From a virus (Duplodnaviria > Caudoviricetes), in IMG/VR virus record IMGVR_UViG_3300046615_000208, positions 96,001-160,000 of that record: a stretch of 64,000 nucleotides of DNA. The stretch is one strand, 5' to 3'. This document shows, one piece after another, positions 9,062 through 17,997 of this stretch. Positions within the stretch are counted from its first letter, which is position 1; every line of letters starts with the position of its first letter. Made by a program: the position numbers and the translations under genes. The notes below the pieces were generated by a model. The model saw nothing but the letters and a program-made list of their open reading frames with translations. It was not told the origin of the DNA and did no database searches.

Positions 9062-9493
9062 CTAGCCGATGTAGATGCTCACCTTGTTGGCAACATCCCA
9101 GACGGCGAGTTGTTCGCGTTCCTTGGCAACGAGAATGGCCATCTCGTAGTCTTCGAACCACTCTGAGGCCTCTGCGTAGACGACTCCGGACTCTACCCAT
9201 GTTCCCATGAGTCCGAGGCCGTCAGTGGCTGCGTAAGCCATTCCCAGAGCGAATTGGTAGTCTCGTGTGTCCGAGTCTGCGAGATTGAACATGTGGGGCT
9301 TGTGGAGGCCTGACACGTAGTAGCCGTGCGTGTGCGTGGCGATTGCCATTGTGGGGCTGGAGAGGTCCAGCGTTACGCCACCGTTGGCGTGTGTCTCACG
9401 TGAGAGGGTGACGCCGCGAATCTGACCATAGGTCCGGAGCTTCGGGGTGACGCCGGAGTTTTCGTTACGCATGGTTTCGACGGTGACAGTCAT
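9062..9493 (-). CDS. hypothetical early protein
   Basis: AGGAGG RBS, ATG 9493. Confidence 0.75.
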   Translation of the reverse strand: MTVTVETMRNENSGVTPKLRTYGQIRGVTLSRETHANGGVTLDLSSPTMAIATHTHGYYVSGLHKPHMFNLADSDTRDYQFALGMAYAATDGLGLMGTWVESGVVYAEASEWFEDYEMAILVAKEREQLAVWDVANKVSIYIG

Positions 9494-9628
9494 TGTTTCC
9501 TCCTGAGTGGATCGGATGGTTTGATATGAAGAGCATACCACTACTTTAGGAGATGATGCAAACTACGCGATTGTTACGTGCGTTTTTTGTAAGTTGCGTG
9601 TGAGCGCGGATGCGTGTATGCTCAGAGT

Positions 9629-9682
9629 ATGAAGCAACCGATTGAAGCTGGGTCACTGGAGGACCCCTAAAATAAGTGGGCC
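9629..9682 (+). ncRNA. candidate small RNA copy B
   Basis: Promoter TTGCGT(9594)/17/TATGCT(9617); ATGAAGC...GGAGGACCCCTAAAATAAGTGGG. Confidence 0.45.
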
Positions 9683-9782
9683 GGAAAGTAGGCATCACTC
9701 CATTCTCTCATAGTTTTTGGGTGGTTGTCAAGCTGCCGGAGGGCAAAGAAAAGGGGAGCCTTTCGGCTCCCCTTCCCTCACC

Positions 9783-10094
9783 TTAGAGGGTTTCGTACTT
9801 GCCGTCCGCCTGACGGTACTTGATGTACGTGCAACCCGCGTCATGCGTGGCCCAGTCGAGCGGCTGGAACGCGTCCTCCGAGTCCGCGTCACCATAGAAG
9901 TAGCCGGTGAAGTAGCAGTTGTCGTCGTCGTCGTACAGCTTGAAGTGGGTGCCCTTGCCAGCCTTGCCAGCCTTGATCGCGTCACGCTCTGCGGGGCTGG
10001 TGCCGTACACGCGGGGCTTCTCCAGCTTCTCCAGCTTCTCACCGAAGTTCGGGTTGTTCTCTTCGATTGCCGAGTGAGTGATCGTGAATCCCAT
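9783..10094 (-). CDS. hypothetical protein (FKLYDDD..YF.G...PLD....AGCT.I.Y)
   Basis: TAGGAG RBS. Confidence 0.8.
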   Translation of the reverse strand: MGFTITHSAIEENNPNFGEKLEKLEKPRVYGTSPAERDAIKAGKAGKGTHFKLYDDDDNCYFTGYFYGDADSEDAFQPLDWATHDAGCTYIKYRQADGKYETL

Positions 10095-10196
10095 TGTGAC
10101 TCCTAAGTCCGTTTCTCAAGCTCCCTGCTTGATGACTTAAGTCTCTCATACATTCCGGACGGATGCAACTCCATTCTGACAATGCGTTTTTTGTAA

Positions 10197-10258
10197 GTGT
10201 GGTTTGTGGAGGTTGGAGTTTTTGGGGTCCTCTGGTTTCCCTGCCTCCGGAGCTTCAT
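10197..10258 (-). ncRNA. candidate small RNA copy C
   Basis: Promoter TTGACT(10293-10288)/17/TAGACT(10270-10265); about 70-bp similarity to 7280-7350. Confidence 0.5.
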
Positions 10259-10360
10259 AGTATGAGTCTAAGGCCTATTCGGCGCAGAGTCAAGCGGCGC
10301 TGTGTGGCGTTCTAAGCCACGCAAAAGGACCCTACCGTAGTAGGGTCCTAGTGGCCGGTG

Positions 10361-10633
10361 CTAGTCGCAGCAGTGGCGGCTGGTGCACGTGTGGTTGTGG
10401 ATGTTGCACGCGCTGTCCGTCAGGATTCCCTCGGTGGACTCGGTACGCTCCACTTCCTGCATCTCGGAGGGGTCAGCGTATCCGCCCAGTTCCTGATCGC
10501 ACTCGGTGCACTCGGTGTTGCTGGTGGAGTACTCGCCACAGTTGGAGCAGGCGAACAGGGTGGGGCAGTCGCACTCGGTGTTGGCCGGTTCCATGTTTTC
10601 GTACTGCCGCTGTGCTGAGGCGAATCCGCGCAT
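10361..10633 (-). CDS. Cys/His-rich putative zinc-binding protein
   Basis: Multiple CxC/CxxC; TAGGAG RBS. Confidence 0.7.
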   Translation of the reverse strand: MRGFASAQRQYENMEPANTECDCPTLFACSNCGEYSTSNTECTECDQELGGYADPSEMQEVERTESTEGILTDSACNIHNHTCTSRHCCD

Positions 10634-10730
10634 CTTGACTCCTAAGTCGTATCGGCTTGTTCCGATGTACTAAGCCTAAGGCATGCGGTGAGGGATTGCA
10701 ACACCATGCGGTGAAGCGTTTCTTGTAACC

Positions 10731-11180
10731 CTATGCGGTGCACTCTGGGTAGCTCCACAGTTCGTCGTATTCGAACTGGTGAGCGTAGGCCTCAGCCTCG
10801 CACTCGTTGGCTCCCATAGTGTGTGCAAGCTCATGGAACAGGATGTGATTCCCCCACGCTGTGTAGGCAAGCTCAGGGGAGATAAGGACAGCGTACTGTC
10901 CATTGTCCATAGGGACAGTGCATCCTCCCTGCCCAACAGTGGAGAGTTCAGCGCCACAGTTGTCTTCATTCTGGAACAGGAACACCACGTTCTCAGGGTA
11001 GTCTACGCCACCATCAGCAAGGGCCTCACGCGCCCAGAGTGAGGGTAGCTTGAATGGTGCGAGGGATAGGGTGGTGGAGTAGTTGGCAGTCTCCCTAACA
11101 GGCGCTGACGTGGGCGCTGGGGCCTGCACTGGTGCAAAGATAGCTGACAGTGTGAGCAGGATGGTGAGCATGATGTTCAC
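10731..11180 (-). CDS. secreted or membrane-anchored HExxH metallopeptidase-like protein
   Basis: Signal-like N-terminus; FHELAH..G..E.EAEAYA. Confidence 0.65.
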   Translation of the reverse strand: MNIMLTILLTLSAIFAPVQAPAPTSAPVRETANYSTTLSLAPFKLPSLWAREALADGGVDYPENVVFLFQNEDNCGAELSTVGQGGCTVPMDNGQYAVLISPELAYTAWGNHILFHELAHTMGANECEAEAYAHQFEYDELWSYPECTA

Positions 11181-11209
11181 TGTGACTCCCTTGTGAGTGG
11201 TTGACTAAG

Positions 11210-11470
11210 TCAATCCTCTCATGAGTTTGTCTCATGTGTCAACTCGAAACACTAAGCGTCTTTTGTAAAGTTTGTGCCTTGTTTCTACACACGCGCACAT
11301 GTGCACGCGATTGTCCTCTATTGTTTGGTGTTTGTCAACATGCTGGCCCTAAGAGTTTTTTGTAACCCTCGTGTGGGAGTGCGTGATTATCCTCTAGTTT
11401 TTTGGGATTGTCAATGGGTTTGGCAAAGAGTTTTTTGTAACCTCGTGCGCGTGAAGCGTTTTTTGTAACG
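11210..11470 (-). promoter_or_regulatory. tandem leftward promoters with boxes
   Basis: Three box + TTGACA units and a fourth box; no convincing ORF. Confidence 0.65.
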
Positions 11471-11629
11471 TGTGGGTTGTGTGGGATGGGTTGCGCGATT
11501 TGACACGGTGTGGTAGGCTGGTAACGGATGCGGACCATTCTTCGAAACTTTCCGGGGTACCCCTTCCCTGCATACGGTTACCCCTCTCAAAAAATATAAG
11601 GTTTTTTGGCTAATATACACAGTTAAGTG

Positions 11630-12503
11630 TTAACTAGCGTCAAGTACCGCTCTCACTACATCATTCATGTCCTGCTCCACCCAGTATTCGTGCCCATCTG
11701 TCGTGGTTACCTTTGTCCGGAAGTAGTCCTTGAATTGAGGCTCCCCGTTAGGGAACTGAGTATCCATAGCAGCCTTTAGGCTTTCCATCTGATCAGGCGA
11801 CCCCTTGGCCCTTTCGATATCCCTCTTCGCCTTGAAGTGCGAAAGCGAATCTCGGCGGTACGCTTCGTGATCCATCATGCAGTCCACCGTAACGACATGC
11901 CTCACCACGATCTTCTTCCCATCAGGTGTCGATAGCAGCTTCATTTGCTCTCCTTCGGTTTCTTGATCGCTACCTTCTTAATCGCACACGGCCCGTAGTG
12001 CCCCTTCCATAATCCACAAGTCCCTTCAGCACACGGACCTTGCCGATCCATCAACTCCTGCTCACGCATAGCCAAGATGCGCTCCAGAACCTGAACACGC
12101 ACCCCCACACTCTCCCGGAGCCTCTTGTCGATCTTCTTCTCCGCAGCATCGAAGCTCGGAATCCCGAACGATTTCCCGTCTGCCAAAACACCCTCCCTTT
12201 TTCCAAATCCCAAAAATAAAATAGAAAAAATTCTACATAACCATACACACTTACGTGTTAACTTCCATCCGCGAGTCCAGCAGCTAGCTCATCGGCTGAC
12301 AGGATATCCACTGTCACACCGACCTCAGCCAGTATCGCCTTTAGGTCTGCAATGTTCAGGCCGTCACCACTCCGGAGGTTTGCTGGCGCTGTACACGTCT
12401 TGCATTCCTCCACTAGCGGAATCGAATAGCTGTCAGAGTAGTCCACAGTCACTACGTCCTCCCAGCGTCGGAATCTGCCGCAGATATTACACTTGGCTGT
12501 CAT
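11630..12503 (-). CDS. three small hypothetical genes (11630-11944, 11941-12213, 12258-12503 CxxC)
   Basis: Tightly packed; ATGA/TGA overlaps. Confidence 0.65.
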
Positions 12504-13237
12504 ACGTTCACCACACCCAGAAGATCGGCTTCCATGAACCTCGGAGCAGGCTCCAGAATCCACTTCTTCCGTGTGAACTTCACCGTTTCCGTCACGCCGT
12601 TCTTGCGCGTGAAGGAGGTACTCCCCTGTGTAAGAGCGCGTCGGACCAAGGTTCCTTCCCGCACCCACGGAGCAACATGCTGGTAGTTCACCCCGATCTC
12701 GTCCAGCTTACGGATGCGCCCGTACGTGGACACCCCGTCCAGTTCCTTGTGCGAGAAGTGGTGCGAAGCCAGCATGCTCACGCTGTTCTTGATCGCATCC
12801 CCCTGCCGCCAGTCGAGGTAGGCCCTCACATCCCCAAGAGTATGCAAGTGATGGACTCGGGCGTCAAACAACGCCACATCCCCACTAGGCCGCAGGGAAT
12901 TGAACTTCGCAGTCGCCATGGCCGCAGTGATCGAGACGATCTTCTGGGTCTGACCGCCGAACCACCAGTCCGTGTTCTCACCAGCAAGATCGGAGAACAC
13001 CACGGAGATTTCATCCGACTGGGTGTATGCCAGCACAGCCCCGTCAATATTCTCACACAGGTACCGTGCAGTCTCCTGCATGTCCTGAGTGAATTCCGCG
13101 TCGAACGGTTTCTTCAGCTTCTTCGTGTACTTGGAGAAGCCCTTCCCGTCCACGCGCACCACGGCGTAGCTCTTCTTGGGGAGGTACAGCCTGTACTCCT
13201 TCTCCAAATCCTTCATTACGGTGTTCTCGTTATTCAT
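12500..13237 (-). CDS. thg1: tRNA(His) guanylyltransferase Thg1-like protein
   Basis: RVDGKGFSKYT, YTQSDEIS, FDAR and WRQ.D..KNS motifs. Confidence 0.92.
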   Translation of the reverse strand: MNNENTVMKDLEKEYRLYLPKKSYAVVRVDGKGFSKYTKKLKKPFDAEFTQDMQETARYLCENIDGAVLAYTQSDEISVVFSDLAGENTDWWFGGQTQKIVSITAAMATAKFNSLRPSGDVALFDARVHHLHTLGDVRAYLDWRQGDAIKNSVSMLASHHFSHKELDGVSTYGRIRKLDEIGVNYQHVAPWVREGTLVRRALTQGSTSFTRKNGVTETVKFTRKKWILEPAPRFMEADLLGVVNV

Positions 13238-13246
13238 GCTTCTACT

Positions 13247-15099
13247 CTACACCTCTTCCCCATTATATGCAAGTCCAGCAGCCACCAATACCGACTTTAG
13301 AAGAAAAATCTCGTCTTCCATCTTCTCAATCTGACGCGCAGCGAACTTCGTCACACGTAGCAAAGCCTCCGGATCACCCTTGTACAACTCAATCGAATCC
13401 TCGATCTCGCTCAGGTAGTACTCGATGGATTCCTTGCGTGCCTCTATCATCTTCCGAACAGCGTCTTCAACGTTACCCATCCAGTAGTAGTCCCGCCAAA
13501 GAGTCAAGCTCATCCAGTTCGTAGAGGTTCGCCCACACGGCATGGTTCTTGCCCAGCACAGTCTCTACCTGAATCTGCTTGTAGTAGTCGTCGGCCCTCG
13601 TGATGTTTGCCATCACGTCCTTGAACGCAGCATCCTTGTTGTACCCAATTCCAACCGTAGATACATACTCCGGATTCACCCACACATCCCTTGACAGTCT
13701 GAACAGTTCATGTGCAACGGGGTAAACGTCTTCCAATCCCACGGTACTGCCCGACACCAGCCGTGCAATCTGGTAGTCTTCCTTTCGCTCTACCGTCACG
13801 ATGTGGTCGAAGTTGACCGAACACCCGTCATCATCCAGCTTTACGCGCCTCATTATGCCCTTTCCAGCCAAATCTCTACTTCGGTACGGGTATCTCCCGC
13901 GACCCACGACACCTTGATCCGATCTCCGTCCCATTCCTTCATCATCTCCAGACCAGACCCGCGTTCCCACCAGTCATCAGCCAGAGCCAGAAACTTCCAT
14001 CTAGCCACGTCATACGTGTCCCGGAACAACTCGTTCTCCTGCTCGGAGATCACGTTGCCCTTCTTCACACCCACACAGCGCATGGTGCCCTTGATGTACC
14101 CTCCATTGTCAGGTACCGTCACTCGGACACCCTGTACTTAGCTTCAGTCCGCACACGCAAAGCAGCGTACTCTGCCGCAACCGCATTTACCTGCATTGCC
14201 GCGTCCAAGTAGTGTAACCGCTCCGGAGAGTCATGCCGTTCTTTGTTAGCAGCCTCAACAAAGTGGTCCCACACTTCATGCAATACCTTCGAACGGAGCC
14301 TCATCGTTGCCAGTTCATCTGCTTTTCTATCTACTGAATCCATCTTTTTCCTCTCATCTTTATCACATCTGTGATAGCCTTTAGCAATCAGCGTGTCTGT
14401 AATCAGTCCCATTTTCGAGGGAGCCTTAGAAAACAGGCACTCCTGTACCAAGGCCATCATGTCAATGCGGTCATCCCACATCGTAGCCGCCTCTCAGGCC
14501 AGTAACCACGTATCCGACCAAGCTGTTTACTTCCTTGCCTCGCGGAACCATCCCACGGCGCTTCAAAAAGCTGTAGACAAACGGATAGGACCGAGACACG
14601 CTCTCATCTGAGAACATCACGGCGTCCGCAGCAGCCAGAACCCTTTCCATGCGGATTGTCGCAGAAGCGACGAGGTCCTGATCCTCCCATTCATCGATCT
14701 TCGGGTGCCCAGCTAAAAGAGCAGCCCTTAGTCTCGCTTCATCGTTCAAATCTTATCTCCTTCTAGAGTTGGTGCAAGCCAGCAGTTGCAGTTACGGCGT
14801 ACGCTTACGGGACGCCCCCGGTAGAGTTCCCGGATTGGGAAGTAGACAGCGCATCGGTGGTCGTGCACGTCCCACTGCCGTTCGAAGGTGAGGATGATGG
14901 CTCGCTGGGTTTCAAAGTCCTCCGGAAACGGCTCGGAGAGCCAGCAGTCACACTGCGGGAAGATGTACACGTCGTACGTTTCGCCGGTTAGTTCGTTCGT
15001 GGGCGGGATGTAACGCTTCCGGGTGTTGCAGGAGGACTGGTGGAAGCCTTTGGCGTTGAATTCTAGTAGCAGTAGCTCAGCGCGTTCCTCAGGACTCAC
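13247..15099 (-). CDS. run of six small hypothetical genes (13247-13480, 13473-13853, 13853-14122, 14119-14481, 14471-14749, 14746-15099)
   Basis: Overlapping start/stop codons on - strand. Confidence 0.65.
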
Positions 15100-15258
15100 C
15101 TAAGCCCCGCCAAAAACTTATCCACCCTAGCCAGTCGCTTTCGGGAATTCCTGATCTCAGCCAGTGCCCGAAGCTCGCCAACAGAGCACTTTGCAAGATG
15201 TTTGTCGAAGAACTCCCGGCTCAGCACCATAAGCTCTTCATCGTAATCGGACCTGTAA

Positions 15259-15504
15259 TCAGCCATTCTCTCTCGCTTTCTTCTTCAAATCAAAATGATA
15301 CCAGCGCACCTTGCGCCAGAAGATAGACCAGACCGGTCTGGAACCACCGGGTTGAGTCGCAACATCGGCGTACCAAAGCTGCCCACACGTTTTACACTCG
15401 ATGACAGCCCCGTGAGCTAGGCTAGGAGGCTCGAATGAGACGTAGAGGCCCGCATCACACTTGTGTGGCGGCTGGGGCTTCTCAGGGGCATACAGCGTGA
15501 TCAT
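15259..15504 (-). CDS. HxC/CxxC/RWYH family paralogue 1
   Basis: HKC..IECKTC..W..WRKVRWYH; start moved to ATG 15504. Confidence 0.75.
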   Translation of the reverse strand: MITLYAPEKPQPPHKCDAGLYVSFEPPSLAHGAVIECKTCGQLWYADVATQPGGSRPVWSIFWRKVRWYHFDLKKKARENG

Positions 15505-15505
15505 G

Positions 15506-15751
15506 TCAGGCAATTTTACTCCTAAGAACCCAGTGATACCAGCGCAGCTTTCGCCATTTATTCTTTCTACAGTCTCCGTAATCCACATGTGCCCACCAGC
15601 GCTGTGCACACTGGTCACACTCCATGATGGTGTACGGTTCTACCGGGAGATACTGGTTCAGCACGTTTAGTTTCGGCAGCTTGCACCGATGCTCGGCTGC
15701 CGGGTTGTACAGCAGTACCATTTCGTTCTGGTCAAATTCTCTCGATTCCAT
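15506..15751 (-). CDS. HxC/CxxC/RWYH family paralogue 2
   Basis: HRC..MECDQC..W..WRKLRWYH; GGAGG RBS. Confidence 0.8.
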   Translation of the reverse strand: MESREFDQNEMVLLYNPAAEHRCKLPKLNVLNQYLPVEPYTIMECDQCAQRWWAHVDYGDCRKNKWRKLRWYHWVLRSKIA

Positions 15752-15817
15752 TACTTCCTCCTTTTCTTTAGTCCACCCTCCATACTACCTGATTTTAACG
15801 ACAAAAGCAAGCCCACC

Positions 15818-16890
15818 CTAGAGGGGCCAGCGCTTGAGGAATTCCTCGTCTGAGACGATTTCCCACTCCGGTTCCCCTGCCCTGCAAGCCTCACAGTAGT
15901 CATTGGGTTGAGGCCCAACTACCACAGTCTCTCCGGATACGTAAACGTCGAATTCGTTGCACTCGGTGCAGATCGACCGGGAGCCATCTGCTGTTCGTAT
16001 GTGTGTCATCTTTCCTCCTTCCTTACAGGTCTTTGGCGATGCCACGGAGACGGTATGAAACATCCCGCATAGTCATCCGCAGTCGCAACATGTTCGTTTC
16101 CGTATTGGCGTCAGTCTCAAGCCTATCGGCAAGCTTGACAAGCTCAGCAGCAAGGCCCGGTTCTACATGTTCGGCGTTGATGTCCGTGTAGATGGCCTCA
16201 TTGATCTGAGCGGTAAGAACCGCTTCATGTTCTGCATCGGCAATGAGTTCCAGCGTGTCGTACGTCACCAACACAACCTTATTCTTCTCCCGGTCGAAGA
16301 CCACATCCACCTTGGACGGGTCAAACTGGTCGGAGATTACGGTACCGAACTTCTGCCGGTTGTAGAGGACCCGGTCGCCCTTCTTGAACCTCATGAGCCT
16401 AGGCTTTCTGAGCACTTGGTGCAGGTTACCTCGGTGACCTTGTGTTCCACGGCAGTAGGGTCCGGGACCTGCTTGCCACACAGGGTGGCCCACTTGTCCG
16501 TCTTGTAGTCCATGACGAACGCGGCATGGACCCTTCCGTGAAGGTGTACCGGGAAGATTGTTGTAGGCATCTCTCTTTCTCCTTTTCTATAGGCTTGATT
16601 GATGCCCCCTAGCATAGATGCACGGCCACCGTATGTCAAGCGCCCCGCACCGCATCGATTGCTACGCCGTAGAGTCTCCGCAACTCGCGAGCCTCAGCGG
16701 CTTCCTGTTTGGCGAGATCGCGGCTGGCTTTAATGGTGGGCAGACTCGGCAGGTCGTGTTCCTGATTAAAGATCATGTCTGCGTCGTACCGGTTCACCGT
16801 GGTGTCCCAGCGTTTTACCTCGGCGTTGGCTTGCTTCTCATCCGCTTCGAGGGCTATCAGCAGCTTCTCTTTGGGTGTTCGCTTTGACAC
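15818..16890 (-). CDS. four small hypothetical genes (15818-16009 Zn-ribbon, 16023-16394, 16391-16639, 16636-16890)
   Basis: RBSs, overlaps, CxxC motifs. Confidence 0.65.
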
Positions 16891-17010
16891 GGTGACTCCT
16901 TTCGGACCAATAGGGATCAGAAGACCCTTCCCGGAGGAAGGGCCTTCTGTGGCGGATACCGCCTACCTGATACAGTATAATCCTACCGCACTGACCCGGC
17001 ATCTGTCAAC

Positions 17011-17373
17011 TCACCGGATCGGCATGATCCTTACCGGGTACGCCCCGGCAGGCCGTACAAATACTGCCTGCCTGTTCCCGTACCGTACCTGCTGAAGCTC
17101 CACAGAGTATACAGCAATCTTGTACCCGAGGTCCGCAAGCGAATCGTCATACCCGGCAAACCATTCCTCCAGAGCGCAAAGAGTAGGGAACCCGCACACC
17201 TCGTCCGGGTAGATTCCATCCAGCATGGGGTCGTCAAAGGGGTCCGGGTGTTCCTCATCCCCATGGACGGCAAACATGTGTGCCAGTTCTTCGTTGTCTT
17301 CGTTACCTGCATACGGCCCCGCACCGTGTGCAGACTCTACCCTAAACATAGAGACCTTCATTTTCCCTGCCAA
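17011..17373 (-). CDS. hypothetical phage protein (FRVE..GPY..HP.P..D..CGF..L..WF)
   Basis: ORF track; motif pattern. Confidence 0.7.
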   Translation of the reverse strand: MAGKMKVSMFRVESAHGAGPYAGNEDNEELAHMFAVHGDEEHPDPFDDPMLDGIYPDEVCGFPTLCALEEWFAGYDDSLADLGYKIAVYSVELQQVRYGNRQAVFVRPAGAYPVRIMPIR

Positions 17374-17515
17374 TCCATAATTACAGCCTTGCTATTTATG
17401 CCGGGACAAAAATATGGGCGCACCACTGGGGCACGCCTTCAACCCGCACCGTGTGTCCCGCACGGTGCATGTCTATGTAGTTGTCCGACCGGCAAGCTGC
17501 TTTACCGGATCAGGG

Positions 17516-17731
17516 TTACTTCTTCTTCAGGAGGGCCTTGCCGTGGCTGCTGCGTGTCGGCTCGGAGAGCCGTACCGCATCACCTATAAAACAGTAGGCC
17601 GCACCTTCATTCGTACTGACCCGCACCGTATCGCAGTTCAGTTGCCTGTCCTCTACCACGCCTTCAAGCCCCTTATAGGGTCCAGCCGTGATCCGTACCG
17701 CATCTCCAACATCAATAATGGCTTGGTTCAT
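17516..17731 (-). CDS. KOW-motif protein
   Basis: VGDAVRITAGPYKGLEGVV matches the KOW consensus. Confidence 0.7.
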   Translation of the reverse strand: MNQAIIDVGDAVRITAGPYKGLEGVVEDRQLNCDTVRVSTNEGAAYCFIGDAVRLSEPTRSSHGKALLKKK

Positions 17732-17884
17732 ACCTAGAGCTTACCCGGCACTACTTGGTTTATCAAATCGATACGCATTATGACTACTTGACTTGACTTT
17801 TGGCACTACTTGTGTTTAGGATCAAAAACCCCGGAATCTAGCGGTTTTTAGGGTGCCACCACAGACGATTTCAAAAATAGGGGG

Positions 17885-17913
17885 TTGCATAGTGTTGCGT
17901 GTCGGCGTAGTGT
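17885..17913 (+). promoter_or_regulatory. sigma-A-like promoter of the DGQHR gene
   Basis: TTGCAT/17/TAGTGT. Confidence 0.65.
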
Positions 17914-17997
17914 TTGAGTCATGGAAAGCAGCCGACCAAGGAGGCCTACCAGACAACAAACAAATCAATCAAACACCAACCGAAAGGAAATCATATC

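Larger units (their letters stand above)
1043..11468. repeat. dispersed 13-bp box, consensus TTACAAAAAACGC, about 29 copies, upstream of cassette promoters
   Basis: + copies start at 409 (degenerate), 1532, 2097, 2711, 3182, 3443, 3727, 4092, 4475, 4827, 5204, 5604, 5920, 6337. - copies at 1043, 6922, 7249, 7395, 7740, 8424, 8701, 9049, 9580, 10184, 10716, 11256, 11353, 11428, 11456. Confidence 0.95.

Noticed and set aside
1043-11468. CRISPR array interpretation of the recurring box
   Set aside because: Intervals are mostly 250-700 bp and contain genes, the conserved core is only 13 bp, and there are no cas genes.
1532-11468. Classical integron
   Set aside because: No tyrosine recombinase in the window, the elements carry promoters, and they lack strict RYYYAAC/GTTRRRY ends. 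Kept only as an analogy.
12125-13300. 391-aa + strand ORF
   Set aside because: Antisense shadow of thg1 and neighbours; no RBS or motifs.
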